Assembly (NCBI RefSeq): GCF_009914755.1
Contig: NC_060942.1
Length of the DNA stretch: 64,000 bases
Direction: 5' to 3' (one strand)
Source of the DNA: the human T2T-CHM13v2.0 reference genome, Homo sapiens
Shown here: one piece after another, positions 16,746 to 32,235 of the stretch
Numbering within the stretch: the stretch's first letter is position 1
Layout: every line of letters starts with the position of its first letter
Notes under the pieces: model-generated
Told to the model about the DNA's origin: nothing
The model's input: the letters and a program-made list of their open reading frames with translations, nothing else
The model's database searches: none
Program-made: the position numbers and the translations under genes

Positions 16746-18813
16746 TGAGCCACCGCGCCCGGCCAGTTCTTGCATATTTAGGAATGTATTTCCCATGCTT
16801 TTAAAATTGAAAGATATCCTGGCCAAGTAAGAATTCTTGTGTTCTATTTCTTCTTCTCAACATTTCCCATTATCTTGTTCAGCTAGTGTTGCTGTGGATG
16901 GGAGTCTAAAGCCTGCCTGACATATATTCTTTCCCCTTAAAGTTGACAAGTTTCTTCCGCCTGGATGCTTGCAAGACTTTTCCTTATCCTTGAAATTAAT
17001 TCATCAGGATATGTCTTAATCTTGTTAGAACTCATCAGCCTTTCCTGCATACATTGTTTCAACCTGAAGATTTAGATCTTTTCTTTCAGGAGAATTGCCT
17101 ATGAAATCTTTGAATACTTTTCTGTTCCATTTTTGTTGGTTTTTCCCTGGGAATGCGTATTATGTGTGTGCTGAATCTTCCTTGCTTCTTTTCACATCTG
17201 TGACTCAGATGTTAGCTAAAGTCACTTGGCCCTTTGAGAACTAGATAACTGGTTAAGTCCCAGCCAGCTCCAAGACCTATAAAAACCATAGACCTCACAA
17301 TGTCAACTAAATCCTGTCTCTGTTTCTCTTCATATTCCCACAGCTATAAAACACATACCTTTTTTTTAAATTGGTTTTCCCAAGAAAGCAACTAACACCA
17401 GCGTCCTTAAGCTTTGAGGGTTTGTGACCTTCTGTTCCTTGTTTCCTCTCTCATAGACGGTGGCCCCAGTCCCAAATTCTACCCCCATGTGGGTGCAGAG
17501 TAACTTCTCTCTTTCCTTAAAACCTTCTTACCAACTTAGCAAGCCTGGAGTTGGGAGTGGGGTGGGCTTGGGGAACTTAGAACTCACTTCTACCCTTACA
17601 ATCTGCTCAACTGAAGGCTTTAGTTACAGGTGCATTCAGGGGTTCAAATGACGTCATCAAGCTTCTATTTCCCACTCTTCCTCTCAGGTTATGTTTGTCT
17701 CTGCCTCTTTTTGCATTTGGCCTCACTCTGTCCTGACACAAATATGTTCATTACATGTGGCAGGAGAGATGGCTGCTGGTAGTCCCAATCCTGTGTATAA
17801 ACTTACAATTCATGGTATGAAAGCGAGACACTCCCTCCCTTTCCCAGTATTTCCTATATTAAATTTCTTGAAAGAAATATAACTGGACTTGATTGGGTCA
17901 ATGCCCAATTGTATTGTGTAAACACGGCTGGGGTGGTGTGGTTGGACGGGGGTGGATTGTATACCCACCCCATAGCCAGGCCCATGGGAATCATATGGGA
18001 TCTGTGAAGACCAATTCTCCAGTGTAAAGAGGAGTGTTTTGTTGAGAGGACAAAAGCAACAGATGTCTACCACACCTCACACTCTTTGGTATGGAAATGT
18101 GCCCTAGCTGTATTCTCTTTCCTTCCCCTGGATCATCCTGCCTCTAGTTAAGAGTTATTTTCAGGGCCTTTCAGAGCCTTTCACATATATATATATATAT
18201 ATATATCCTGTTAAAGATTTGGGGAACTTGCATGGGCTTGCATTTTCATCTCTCTTGTGATTCTTTTTTTCTTCTTCTGTCTTCCCAGTAGATTTCAGGG
18301 AGAGGAGTTAACGGTGGGAAGTTACTTTTATGAAAGGTCTTATGTTTGGTTTTGTTTTGCTTGCCTGTGAAATATGGTGGAATAAATAAGAATGGGGGAA
18401 AAGACTGAAGGGAAAATGACCTCATAAATGCCAATCTTTCAGAGAGAAATTGGGGTTGCTGCAGTGGTTTCACATACGAGGGGCTCAGTGAATTACGACA
18501 GAGCAATTCCATGGGTAAGAATGCCCAATCAGCTAGATACCTGAGTCAAAGAAAAATCTTGCCTTGAAGCTATTCATTGAAAGCAATACATACGTGTTGA
18601 GCACTTGAAGATTTGCTAGGCACTAAGCTAAGTACTGAGTATAAACATGGGTGATTAAAACAGACTATGTCTTAAGAGCTTGAAACCTTGCTTTTGTGTT
18701 GTATAAATCTTTTACTTCCTCCGTGCACTCCATTCTTTATTATAAATGATGCTTTTAGAAGATTTCACAGTATTTCTTTTCTTTTTTAAAAAATACTTTT
18801 ATGTGTAATATAG

Positions 18814-19088
<275 letters not shown>

Positions 19089-19269
19089 TAGTAGAGATGG
19101 GGTTTCTCCATGTTCGTCAGGCTGGCCTCTAACTCCAGACCTCAGGTGATCCACCCGCCTCCGCCTCCCAAAGTGCTGGGATTACAGGTGTGAGCCACTG
19201 CGCCCAGCTGAGAACAGAGGTTTAAGGAGTTATGTTGATTCCTCAAGATCAAGTGGCAGAATTTGAATG

Positions 19270-19905
19270 AAATGAAAGCAGTTTCGCAGAGATATCTGCA
19301 CTCCCATGTTTATTGCAGCATAAGTCACAATAGCCAAGATACAGAAACAACCTATACAAATGTGGATGAATAAATGGATGAAGAAAATGTGGTATATATG
19401 TGTACTGGAAACACATATATACTTTTAAGAAGGAAAGAAATCCCGTCGTTTGTGACAATCTGGAGGATATTATGCTAAGTAGAGTAGGCCAGACACAGAA
19501 ATGTCCCATGATCTCCTTTACATGAGGAATCTAACAGAGTCAAGCTCCTAGGAGCCGGGGAAGTAGAACAGTGGTTACCGGGGGCTGGGGAGTGGGAAAA
19601 ATGGGAGATATTGGTCAAGAGGTGTGAAGTTTCACTTAGAAAATGAGTAAGTTCTGGAGATCTAATGTACAGTCTGCTGACTATGGTTGACAATACTGTA
19701 TTGTCTACTTGAAATTTGCAAAGAGAGTGGATCTTAAATGTTCTCATCACACCACACAAATGGTAGCTATGTGAGGTAAGATTGTATTGTTAATCAGCTT
19801 GATTACGGCAATCATTTCATGATGTATTTCATGATGTGTATCAAAACATCGCATTATACCTTAAACACATACAACTTTTCTTTGTCAATTACAGCTCAAG
19901 AAAGC
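19270..19905 (+). mobile_element. Old L1 3' UTR fragment (L1MA/L1MB type)
   Basis: GATATCTGCACTCCCATGTTTATTGCAGCA...GGATGAATAAATGGATGAAGAAAATGTGG...TGAAATTTGCAAAGAGAGTGGATCTTAAATGTTCTCA. Confidence 0.8.
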
Positions 19906-20197
19906 TGAGGGACAAAACCAGCTGGCAGAGCCAGGTTGGGAGCTGTAATCTCCAGTCTTTCTCCAACTGTGATTTCTCCCTCAAAGCTTTTCTTTGCATG
20001 TTCTCATCTCTGGCTCCCTAGGGTAGCTGCCTCCTACTCTCATGGTTCCTCTTTGTGACCCAGTTTACCTTTCCTACTGGCCGACACCACAGTATCTGGC
20101 CTGTCTTGGGTCAGGTGTCCATCCTTGGTCCAATCAGCTGTGAGTGGTGTGGGAGAGCTTATTAGAGGCAGAAGTCTCCTTAGAAGAGGATGTGAAT

Positions 20198-20260
20198 GCT
20201 CATTCTCTCTCCTGCTGCCATGTGAAGAAGGACATGTTTGTTTCCCCTTCCACCATGATT
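20198..20260 (+). mobile_element. THE1-type (MaLR) LTR fragment forming the 5' leader of the retrocopy
   Basis: CCTGCTGCCATGTGAAGAAGGACATGTTTGTTTCCCCTTCCACCATGATT matches the recalled THE1D-like LTR up to its internal donor (CATGATT|GTAAG). It lies inside the TSD. Confidence 0.8.
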
Positions 20261-20851
20261 GTTTCTGCTGCAGCCCAGCTCCTGGACTGGCCCCAGGTTC
20301 TGGCCCTAAGGGTTTCGATCCAAGCATCATTCACTGTCGCACATGTTTGGCAGCAAGACCCAGCCCACTGTCTTAGGTAAGCCCAAGGCTCCCCGTTTGG
20401 TCACTCTGTTCCCGCCCTCCTCTGAGGAGTTCCAAGCTAACAAGGCCACCCTAGTGTGTCTCATGAATGACTTCTACCTGGGCACCGTGACAGTGGCCTG
20501 GAAGGCAGACGGCATCATCATCACCCAGGACGTGGAGACCACTAAGCCTCCCAAACAGAGCAAGAAACAGGCCAGCAGCTACCTGAGCCTGATGCCTGAA
20601 CAGTGGAGATCCCGCAGCAGCTACAACTGCTGGGCCATGCATAAAAGGAGCACCCTGGAGAAGACAATGGCCCATACAGAATGTTCTTAGGTCCCTGGCC
20701 CTCACCCCACCCATGGAGGCCTGGAGCTGGAGGATCCCAGGGGAGGTGTCTCTCCTCCCATCCCAAGTCATCCAGCCCTTCTCCCTGTACCCAATAAACC
20801 CTCAATAAGTATCCTCATTGTCAAACAGAAAAACAAAAACAAAACAAAAAA
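20198..20851 (+). pseudogene. IGLJCOR18: Processed immunoglobulin lambda-like pseudogene (IGLL1/lambda5-type exon 2 plus constant exon, with an LTR-derived leader)
   Basis: From 20262 it reads [38 protein letters not shown], fused without an intron to [33 protein letters not shown]...TECS* (stop ends 20690). AATAAA is at 20793-20798 and an A-rich tail at 20828-20853. The target-site duplication is AAGA(G/A)GATGTGAAT at 20184-20197 and 20852-20865. The symbol is from recall of the known dispersed processed lambda gene on chr18. Confidence 0.93.
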
Positions 20852-21302
20852 AAGAAGATGTGAATATTAGTGAAGACCACTGGCCTTCAACACAGATACA
20901 CCTGAATGCATGATTTCATTAACTTGTTAATATGACTTTATTGGATTTTGTGTCATAGCCAGCAGAGGACTTGCCAAGAGTCATCTCATGCAGATGACAA
21001 AGCTAGCCAACATCTGAATGAGATCAATATCAAAAAGTGACAGGTCAGGCTTGGCAGCACGCACCTGCAGTCCCAGCTACTCAGGAAGCTAGATAGGTGG
21101 ATTGCTTGAGCCCAGGAGTTGGAGTCCAGCCTGGGCAACGTAGTGAGACCTGACTCTATTTTTTTATTTTTATTTTTAATTTTTGGGGGTAAATGTAGGT
21201 ATATATATTTAATGGAGTACATGAAATGTTTTGATACAGGCAGGCAAAGACTTCAACTCTTAAAAAAATGACAATCTAAATGTCAAAAAACAGAGTGGTT
21301 AA

Positions 21303-21815
<513 letters not shown>

Positions 21816-23998
21816 TAATGATTAGAAGGTAATATGAAGTTAAAAAGCGGATAAAGGTCAGGGCACAGTGGCTCACACGTGTAATCCCAACACTGTGGGA
21901 AGCCAAGGCAGGAGGATGGCTTGAGCCCAGAAGTTCGAGACCAGCCTGGGCAACATGGCGAAACCTCATGTCTATCAAATAATACAAAATTAGCTGGGTG
22001 TGTGGCACGTGTCTATAGTCCCAGCTGCTCAGGAGGCTGAGGTAGGAGGATGGCTAGAGCCTGGGAGGTTGAGGCTGCAGTAAGCCAAGATTGTGCCACT
22101 GCACTCCAGCCTGGGTAACAGGGCGAGACCTTATCTAAAAAGAAAAAAGGAAAAAGGGAAATCGAGATAATCAAAAGAATTCCAGAAACAGGAAAGAAAG
22201 GCAAGAAAACATAGGCTTCTTGGCATCGGTGTCAAGAACCAGAGGTAGAGAGATCCCAGAGCAGATAGACACATGATAGATTTTTATATTTTGGTAAAAA
22301 TATTTGGTAGCAGAGTTAGCTGCCTCTGTTGGGTTTATGATTTTTAAGCTTACTAAGTATGTTGGCATAGGGAAGGTAATGCTTTCCCAAGTATCTCTGA
22401 TTTTTGGAGAACTTTCCTCTCTCGGCTGGAATGCTAGGCTGATCGTCTGGCTTACAAAGTAGCCCCCTGTTTAGACAAAGTGAAATGTCGATCTCAGTTA
22501 CCTCGTTCACTTCCAAGTTCACCATGGAAGCTCTGAAACTTCAGAGCAGAGAAAGCAAACCCTAAACTGTGCTCACCTTGCTCTAGCAAAAAGAAACCAA
22601 ACAGGTTCAACCTGTAACTGCCTATAGACCTTTCCCATTTCCTCACCCCAGAGAGTTTTGAGATCATTCCACAAAGATACCAGCTTTTCATATTTGGGCC
22701 TAAATGAAATGCTCAGGTCCCAGGACCTCCTACGCTTATAAATTGGCTCCAAGACACAACACATCTACTGTTTGCTTCTGTCACACCCACATACATTTTG
22801 AGGTTGTGGAGGCAGATTTTTGTGGATAAGGAAGGAATACATTCCATAAACACAAACTGGAAAACCATTGATTAGATGGAACAGGGAAGAAAGTCTAGGA
22901 AAGAAGGCAGGGCCACAAGCTGGACATGAGTCAACAAAGCAACAGAAACAGGCACACACACAGTGTTTGAGGATGTTCAATGAAAGCATTGTCTGTAAGA
23001 CAATTCTATTTCTTTCTCTGGCCCTCTCTAGTGAAGACACAAGTCGAGTATTGTTGCAGACAGAACCACAATGATAGCAGAGAGTCGGGAAAACAAACTG
23101 TGAGGACAGAGTGAATAAAAACTAAGATGTTTATACAAGTGCAATAGTAATCAATAAATATATGAGTGCTTGCATTTAAAGAAATAGCAAGGTAGTGAGA
23201 AGGGAATAATTGTGGGGATTAATTCCCACCATTTGCTGGCAGAAGCATAAGGTCCAATGATCAAATTCAAAGGTTTAAGTCAAGCATTCTGAGCTTAAGG
23301 GGAAGGGAAAAGTCTCCCCCAGTCTGGGATAAGCTCTACCTTCAAGCTGTTCGGATAAAATAGCGGCTAACATTTGTTGCATTATGCCATTGTCATGCAC
23401 CCTCCCAAAGCCTTAGATGTATTAGCTTATTGACTCCTCACAGAAACACTATGAAACAGGTGTGATTGGATGCACATTTGACAAATTATGAGACTGAGAT
23501 AAATAAAGTTTAAGTAGCTTAGCCAAGGTCTTGCTGCTATTGTCAGGACAAGATTTTTAATCGAGGAACCCAGCTGTTACCCAGGAGGCTGGAGCTCCAG
23601 TTTTCTTTCTTTCATATATATATATATATATAATTTTTTTTTTCTTAGACAGGGTCTTGCTCTGTCACCCAGGCTGGACTGCACTGGTGAGATCTTAGCA
23701 TACTGCAGCCTCCAGCTCCTGGGTTCAAGCAATTCTCATGCTTCAGCCTCCTGAGTAGCTGGGATTACATGTGTGTGCCACCATGCCCAGCTAGTTTTTT
23801 CTATTTTTAGTAGAGACGGATTTCACTGTGTTACCCAGGCTGATCCTGAACTCCTGGCCTCAAAGTGATCCACCCACCTCGGCCTCCCAAAGTGCTGGGA
23901 TCGCGGGCGTAAGCCACCGCGCCCAGTTGGAGCTCCAGTTTTCATACAATGCACACATTTGAAAGCTTGCTATTTGGCCTCCCCTTTTAGTTTATTAT

Positions 23999-24831
23999 TG
24001 TGATAGTTAATTTCACATGTCTTAAAGTTACTTAATTGTGCCAGGGGTGCTCAGATTAAATATTGTTCTGGGGGGGCTGGGCATGGTGCCTCACACCTGT
24101 AATCCTAGCACTTTAGGAGGCCCAGTTGGGCAGGTCCCCTGAGGTCAGGAGTTCGAGACCAGCCTGGCCAACATGGTGAAACTCTGTCTCTACAAAACAC
24201 AAAAATTAGCCAGGCATGGTTGTGGGTGCCTGTAATCCCAGCTACTTGGGAGGCTGAGTGAGGCAGGAGAATCGCTTGAACCCAGGAGGCGGAGGTTGTG
24301 GTGAGCTGAGATCGCACATTGCACTGCAGCATGGACAACAAGAACAAAATTCCATCTCAAAAAAAAAATAAAACATAAATAAATAAATATTGTTCTGGGT
24401 GTGCCTGTGAGGGTGTTTCTGTCTGAGATCAACATCGGGATCAGTGGACTTGGTAAAGTAGATTACTCTCTCCAATGTGGGTTGGCACCATCCAATTCAT
24501 TTCCAGCCTGAAAAGAACAAAAGGTGGAGGAAGGAAGAATTTGCCCCCTTTTGCTTCCAGCCTGGCTACTTGAGTTAGGGGAGGTCTTCTCCTGCCCTTG
24601 GACTGGGATTTACAACGTGGGCTTCCCTGGATCTCAGGCCTTCAGACTAAGACTGGACTTTCCTGGGTCTCCAGCTTACAGATGGCAAGACCTTGGGACT
24701 TCTCAGCTTCCTAATCATGTGAGCCAATTTCTTATAATAAATCTCTGTATCCTATCTATATCTATAGCTGCATCTTTATCTGCATCTACCTCCTATTGGT
24801 TCTGTTTCTCTGGAGAATCCTGACTAATACA
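23999..24831 (+). mobile_element. MLT2 (ERVL) LTR interrupted by an Alu at ~24074-24388
   Basis: Starts TGTGATAGTTAATTT and ends CCTATTGGTTCTGTTTCTCTGGAGAATCCTGACTAATACA. The Alu TSD is AAATATTGTTCTGGG. Confidence 0.85.
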
Positions 24832-25478
24832 ATTATAGTACCCCAATCTGCTCAGGAGTCTGACATAACTTTGGGGAACTGGGCAGAGATATTATGAGTG
24901 ACTCTGCCTTCAAAAAGTCCCCCTTTCTTCTTTCCAGCTTCTAATCAGCTTCAAGAAACATCCTGGAATCCATAAAAAATACTTTTCACGATGTCTGCTC
25001 ATCACAAGAACTTCTTAGAATAAACCAAGATTTAGTTCTTGTAACAGTGTATATTTGCACACAGTTGTGTAAGTCCTTACTTTTTTTTAACAATTGTTCT
25101 CACTTATTTCTTACAAAACCCCAAAAGCACTTTGAGGCTGGTATTATTCTCCTCCTTCTACAGGTGAGATAACTAAAGTTCTGAGAGCTTAGGTGACTTG
25201 TCAAAGGTCACTTAGCCAACACGTAACACAGCCAGCACTAGAATCCAAATTCAATGAGTGGTCTTATGTCATGGAACCTCTGGAGGCCAGAAAAAGTCCC
25301 TATTCTTTGGGATCTCTCATGTCACTAATATGGTAATACAGAATCCATAAGAGATCTTAAATAGATATTGTTGAAAGATTTCAGTAACAGAGACTGGGCA
25401 CAGTGGCTCACGCCTGTAATCCCAGCACTTTGGGAGGCTGAGGCAGGTGTATCAACTGATGTCAGAAGTTTGAGATCA

Positions 25479-25716
<238 letters not shown>

Positions 25717-25944
25717 CTAGTTTAAAACTGGAGTGGTGCCTGTATTCTGAAGTAGAAGCTTGGAAGATATTTTTATTTTGTTCTAGAAGGGAACTTTTCT
25801 GAGCCCTTTCAGTTCATCTTTCTTAAGGATAGCTAGCGGTTGAATAATCTGAATGCACATATTTCAGACTGAGATGGTAGGTGTTGTTTAATAATATAAT
25901 GCTGTCATTAATATAACTTTCAATAATGTAAAGGTACAGAATGT

Positions 25945-26312
25945 TGTGGTTTGAATGTGCCCCTCAAACTTCACATGTTGGAAATTTAATCCCCCAATTC
26001 AAATGCTGATTGGAGATGAGTCCTTTCAGAGGCAATTAGGATTAGAGGAGGTCATCAGGGTGGGGGACCCACAACAGGACTGGTGGCTACATGAGAAGAG
26101 GAAGAGAAGCCTCAGGTGACACTCACCCTCTTGCCCTCTCACCATGTGATGCTCTCTTTCATGTTATCATGTAGCAAGAAGGCCCTTAATCAGAGGCTGG
26201 TGCAATGCTCTTGGACTTTCCAGCCTCTAGAACTATAAGAAATAAGTTTCTTTTCTTTATAAATTACCAGTCTTAGGTATTCAGTTAAAGCAACAAAAAA
26301 TGGACTAAGGCA
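25945..26312 (+). mobile_element. MaLR LTR (MST/MLT1A type)
   Basis: TGTGGTTTGAATGTGCCCCTCAAAC...GGACTTTCCAGCCTCTAGAACTATAAGAAATAAG...AAATGGACTAAGGCA. Confidence 0.85.
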
Positions 26313-26650
26313 GGGAGTGTCTTTGTCTTGAGCAGAGATTTTCTTTATAATTTCTACAAGATTTTTGCTTCTTATACCTGAAAGTAGTAGAAGTGAGGGA
26401 GATGAAAAGGAGGAACTGAGCCTGAACAACAAAGTGGTAGGCTGAGGATGGAAAACAGATGGCCCAAGGGGATTTCAACTGAAGGAGTGTGGCCAACGGG
26501 TGGCACTAGCAGTGATAATAGATATCCAGATTTAAGGTTCCCTTTTCTGCAGAACAGTTCCTTTGTGTCCATCTCTACCCATGTAAAGTCTTAAACATGG
26601 CAGCCTTGCCTTCCATCCTTTGAAAAATAAGGCCCAGGGCTCTGCACCTA

Positions 26651-27103
<453 letters not shown>

Positions 27104-28350
27104 TCAAAAAGAGAAGCAACCCTCACCTACCTTGAAGGAGACTCAGAAACGGCTGTGGAGGAAATTGGACTTGCTGCAGACAAGTAGGGTGGGAGTTTCA
27201 GCTGCTTTGTATAGGCTTTAAATAGACGTGTTCCCTTGGCCACATACACACACCCAAGTTCATACATATGCCCACAAGCATGTTGAAAGCTGGAGGACCC
27301 GGGGAACATTCAGGTTACTTTTGTTAAATACATGAACTACCATATATCCTGAATCTTAGAAGAGAAATGTATATAACCAGAAAATGATATTACCTTATAC
27401 TCAGACTGTCTTTGTGGGTGATGGGGGACAGTGATTGATAGTAAGTGAAGGGAAATGAAACCATACAAGTAACAGAACTGCAACTAGAGGGAAAATTATT
27501 TATTCAAGCCATATGTAAATATGTGCCTTTTTGAAAGTACAGCTTTGTCACTCCTAATGGTTTTAGACATCTGAGAGGGGCCCTGTGCTATAGCCCAGAG
27601 AGATCACTGTTTCGACCCGGGGAATTCAGGTTCTATTGACATTCATTTTTATAAGGAATACAGTAGATATCTGAGTAACAAAAAACAGTCTGTAATTATT
27701 TACATACATGAAATAATCCTGTTTGTATATTTGAAATAACTGCTATCTATTAACAGAAAGAAAATATTAGTATACAGTAGGTACATCCAGTCATAATGGG
27801 CAGTTTGACATTTCTGGAAGAGCCATCTGCAATAAAACAATAGTATTGTAAATATTTGCAAGACAATAATTAAACTCAGCACTGAGGTGAACTCCACACT
27901 GATTTTAGTTATTGTTTTTCTTCAGATTCTACAAAGAGTGAAGTACTCCAAAGAAATCTTTACATTCTAAAAAGATCTAGTTTTTATCATGATGCATTGT
28001 TTTAATACTCTAAAACTACTTGTCTGTGAGACTATGCTTTTTAGGAATGAATGTGATTCTGTTACTTCTAATGTGATGACAGTAACTCCTGGGTACATTT
28101 TAATCTTTGCAATATTTTAACTCAAAATAAAAACCATCCACTAGTGTGAAATATTTCAATGACATGATTCCAATACAGATTCAAGATGAAAACATCAGGT
28201 TTCCTTCAAAAGGAATTTTACTCTCCTTTTAGGAAATTGTGTAGGTATTTATATGAGTTAATTTTGAGAATTTTTAGCTAATCATACATTTATTCATCAG
28301 TAAGTGATTGAAATCGAGTCCTTTTAGACAAGGAAACCCAATTAAGATGG

Positions 28351-28803
28351 TGTGGTGGTTGAACTGGGTCCCCTCAAAAAACATATGTTGAAATCCTAAT
28401 CTCCAGAACCTCAGAATGTGACCTTATTTGGAAATAGGATCATTGAAGATCTAATTAGTTAACATGAGATCATACTGGAATGGGGAGGCCTCCTAATCCA
28501 CTATGATTGGTACAGGATGATAACCATGTGAAGACAGACACACACAGGAAGAATGTCATGTGACCATGTGACCACAGAGGTAGTGATTAGAGTTATGCAG
28601 CTACAAGCCAAGCACTGCTTGTGACACCAGAAACTAAGAGAAAGGCATGCACAGATTCTCCCTAGAGCTTTTGAGAGAGCATGGCCCTACCAACGCATTA
28701 ATTTCAGACTTCCAGCCTCCAGAAGTATGAGATGATAAATTCCTGTGTTCTGAAGCCACCCAGCTGTGATATTTTGCTATCACAACCCTGGGGAATAAAA
28801 ACA
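28351..28803 (+). mobile_element. MaLR LTR (MLT1B/C type)
   Basis: TGTGGTGGTTGAACTGGGTCCCC...CCTCAGAATGTGACCTTATTTGGAAATAGG...GACTTCCAGCCTCCAGAAGTATGAG. Confidence 0.85.
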
Positions 28804-29865
28804 GATGGGAACAGATGTACCCACCTGTCTTTGTGTCTATGACATAGTACAAAGGGCATAGGCTTTGGGGTCCAGCAGAAATGGAAATTAACCCCAACCC
28901 AGTCAATTCTTTCCTATGTGACTTTACACAGGGTAATTAGGGTAGCCGATTTCCTCAGCAACATGATAGAAATAAGATCTTCATAAGATACAGGCATGGT
29001 GGTGCATGCCTGTAATCCCAGCTATTCAGGAGGCTGAGGCAGGAGGATAATTTGAGCCCATGAGTTAGAGACCAACCTGAGCAACATAGCAAGACTCCAT
29101 CTCAAAAAAAAAAAAAAAAAAAAAAAAGATTGTTGAAGGCATCAATTGGTGATTGGTGAATATATGAAAGTTATGGGACACATAGTTTCTCAAAAAATAC
29201 TAATTTACAACCTGTATATATGAGCTCATTTAAGTAGTCCGTTAATATTATTTTATGTGGTCAAGGAAATTAAAAGCTTTTTTTTCTTTTCAATAATTAA
29301 AAAAAAAATAGTATCTATAAATCTGAACTTCTAGTGACCTGGATGTTCAGTAACATTTTTGTCAGTAATGATAAAAAAATGAATTATTCATAGTTAATGG
29401 GAAATAGACAACCATTTTATTTATGTGCTCTACAGTTCTGTTCAGTCAAAGAAACTCTAGTCCCCTGGTTTAAAGAACACTCTGGAAAGGAAGTGTCCCA
29501 CACAAGAGATGTGGTGGATGAAAACTCCCTATAAAAAGTTTATCCCTTTAATTATATGCTAAAAATATATATTTTTAGAAATAGTAAAATGATAGTCTTT
29601 CCAAGAGTACTGTAATGTGAATTATCCAACCTAATGACTCAGTTTAAAAGTCTGAATTATGTATTAGTCTCACTAGAAAGGGATAAAATTTGTCATTCAG
29701 TATGGGGGAATGACATATTATTTATGTGATCATCCTTCTGAGATCCCATTAAAATAATAGTAAAGAAATTAGGCTGGGCATGGTGGCTCATGCCTGTAAT
29801 CCCAGCACTTTGGGAGGCCTAGGCGGGTGGATCACGAGGTCAGGAGATCGAGACCATCCTGGCTA

Positions 29866-30108
<243 letters not shown>

Positions 30109-30227
30109 TCAATTAAGAGAAAAGAAAGATCTAATGATGATCACCGATCATCATCAGTGATCTAAATCTTTCAATAAACTTCTAGAAGACAGAGCAGGAA
30201 GTGATAACTAGAGAAACACAGTGGAGG

Positions 30228-31072
<845 letters not shown>

Positions 31073-31659
31073 AAGGGAATTTCAGCCAGAAGGATGCATG
31101 GAGAGACCATATCTGTGAAGGAAGCCAATCTGCCTGCAGGACCCAATGTGCAAGGGCTCAGAAAATTCACTTCCCGCATTATCTTTTCTTTGCAAATTAA
31201 TTGGCAATGTGCCTCAACAATACAAAAGAGTAAAGCAAGGAAAAGACACGAGGATCCAGGAAACAGTGGTTTCAAATGAGGTAAGTAATTAAGGGAAGTC
31301 CCTGGGTGATAGCTGTGTAGCAGATCAAGGCAGCAAGCAACAAAGGCCTTAGGAGGAAGTTATCTTGAGGAAAAAAGAGAGTTGAGTATTTTTCAAAATC
31401 TTACACTAACTTTGAGATTTTGTAATAATAGAAAGATACCAACAATACACAAATAAAAAGAAAGATAGGAGAACAAGTAGAAAGCCACCTTATTAGGATA
31501 ATTTGACTGCAAGCAGCAGGAAAACCAAACCCAAAACGCTTAAAAATAAGACATTTACTATCTGACATAACAAGAGCTTCATAGGCAGGGAAGCTTCAGT
31601 TGACTGGTTAATTCAGTATCTGATTCTTCAAGTGCATAGGTTCTTTACATTTCTCTTTT

Positions 31660-32235
<576 letters not shown>

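Noticed and set aside
20371-20385. TTAG|GTAAGC looks like an unspliced J donor
   Set aside because: The sequence continues directly into constant-region codons (GKPKA). It is the spliced junction with a substitution, not an intron start.
27300-28340. AT-rich unique-looking stretch with faint similarity to a hAT transposase motif near 28015-28045
   Set aside because: Similarity is too weak to call by eye; it needs a Dfam search.
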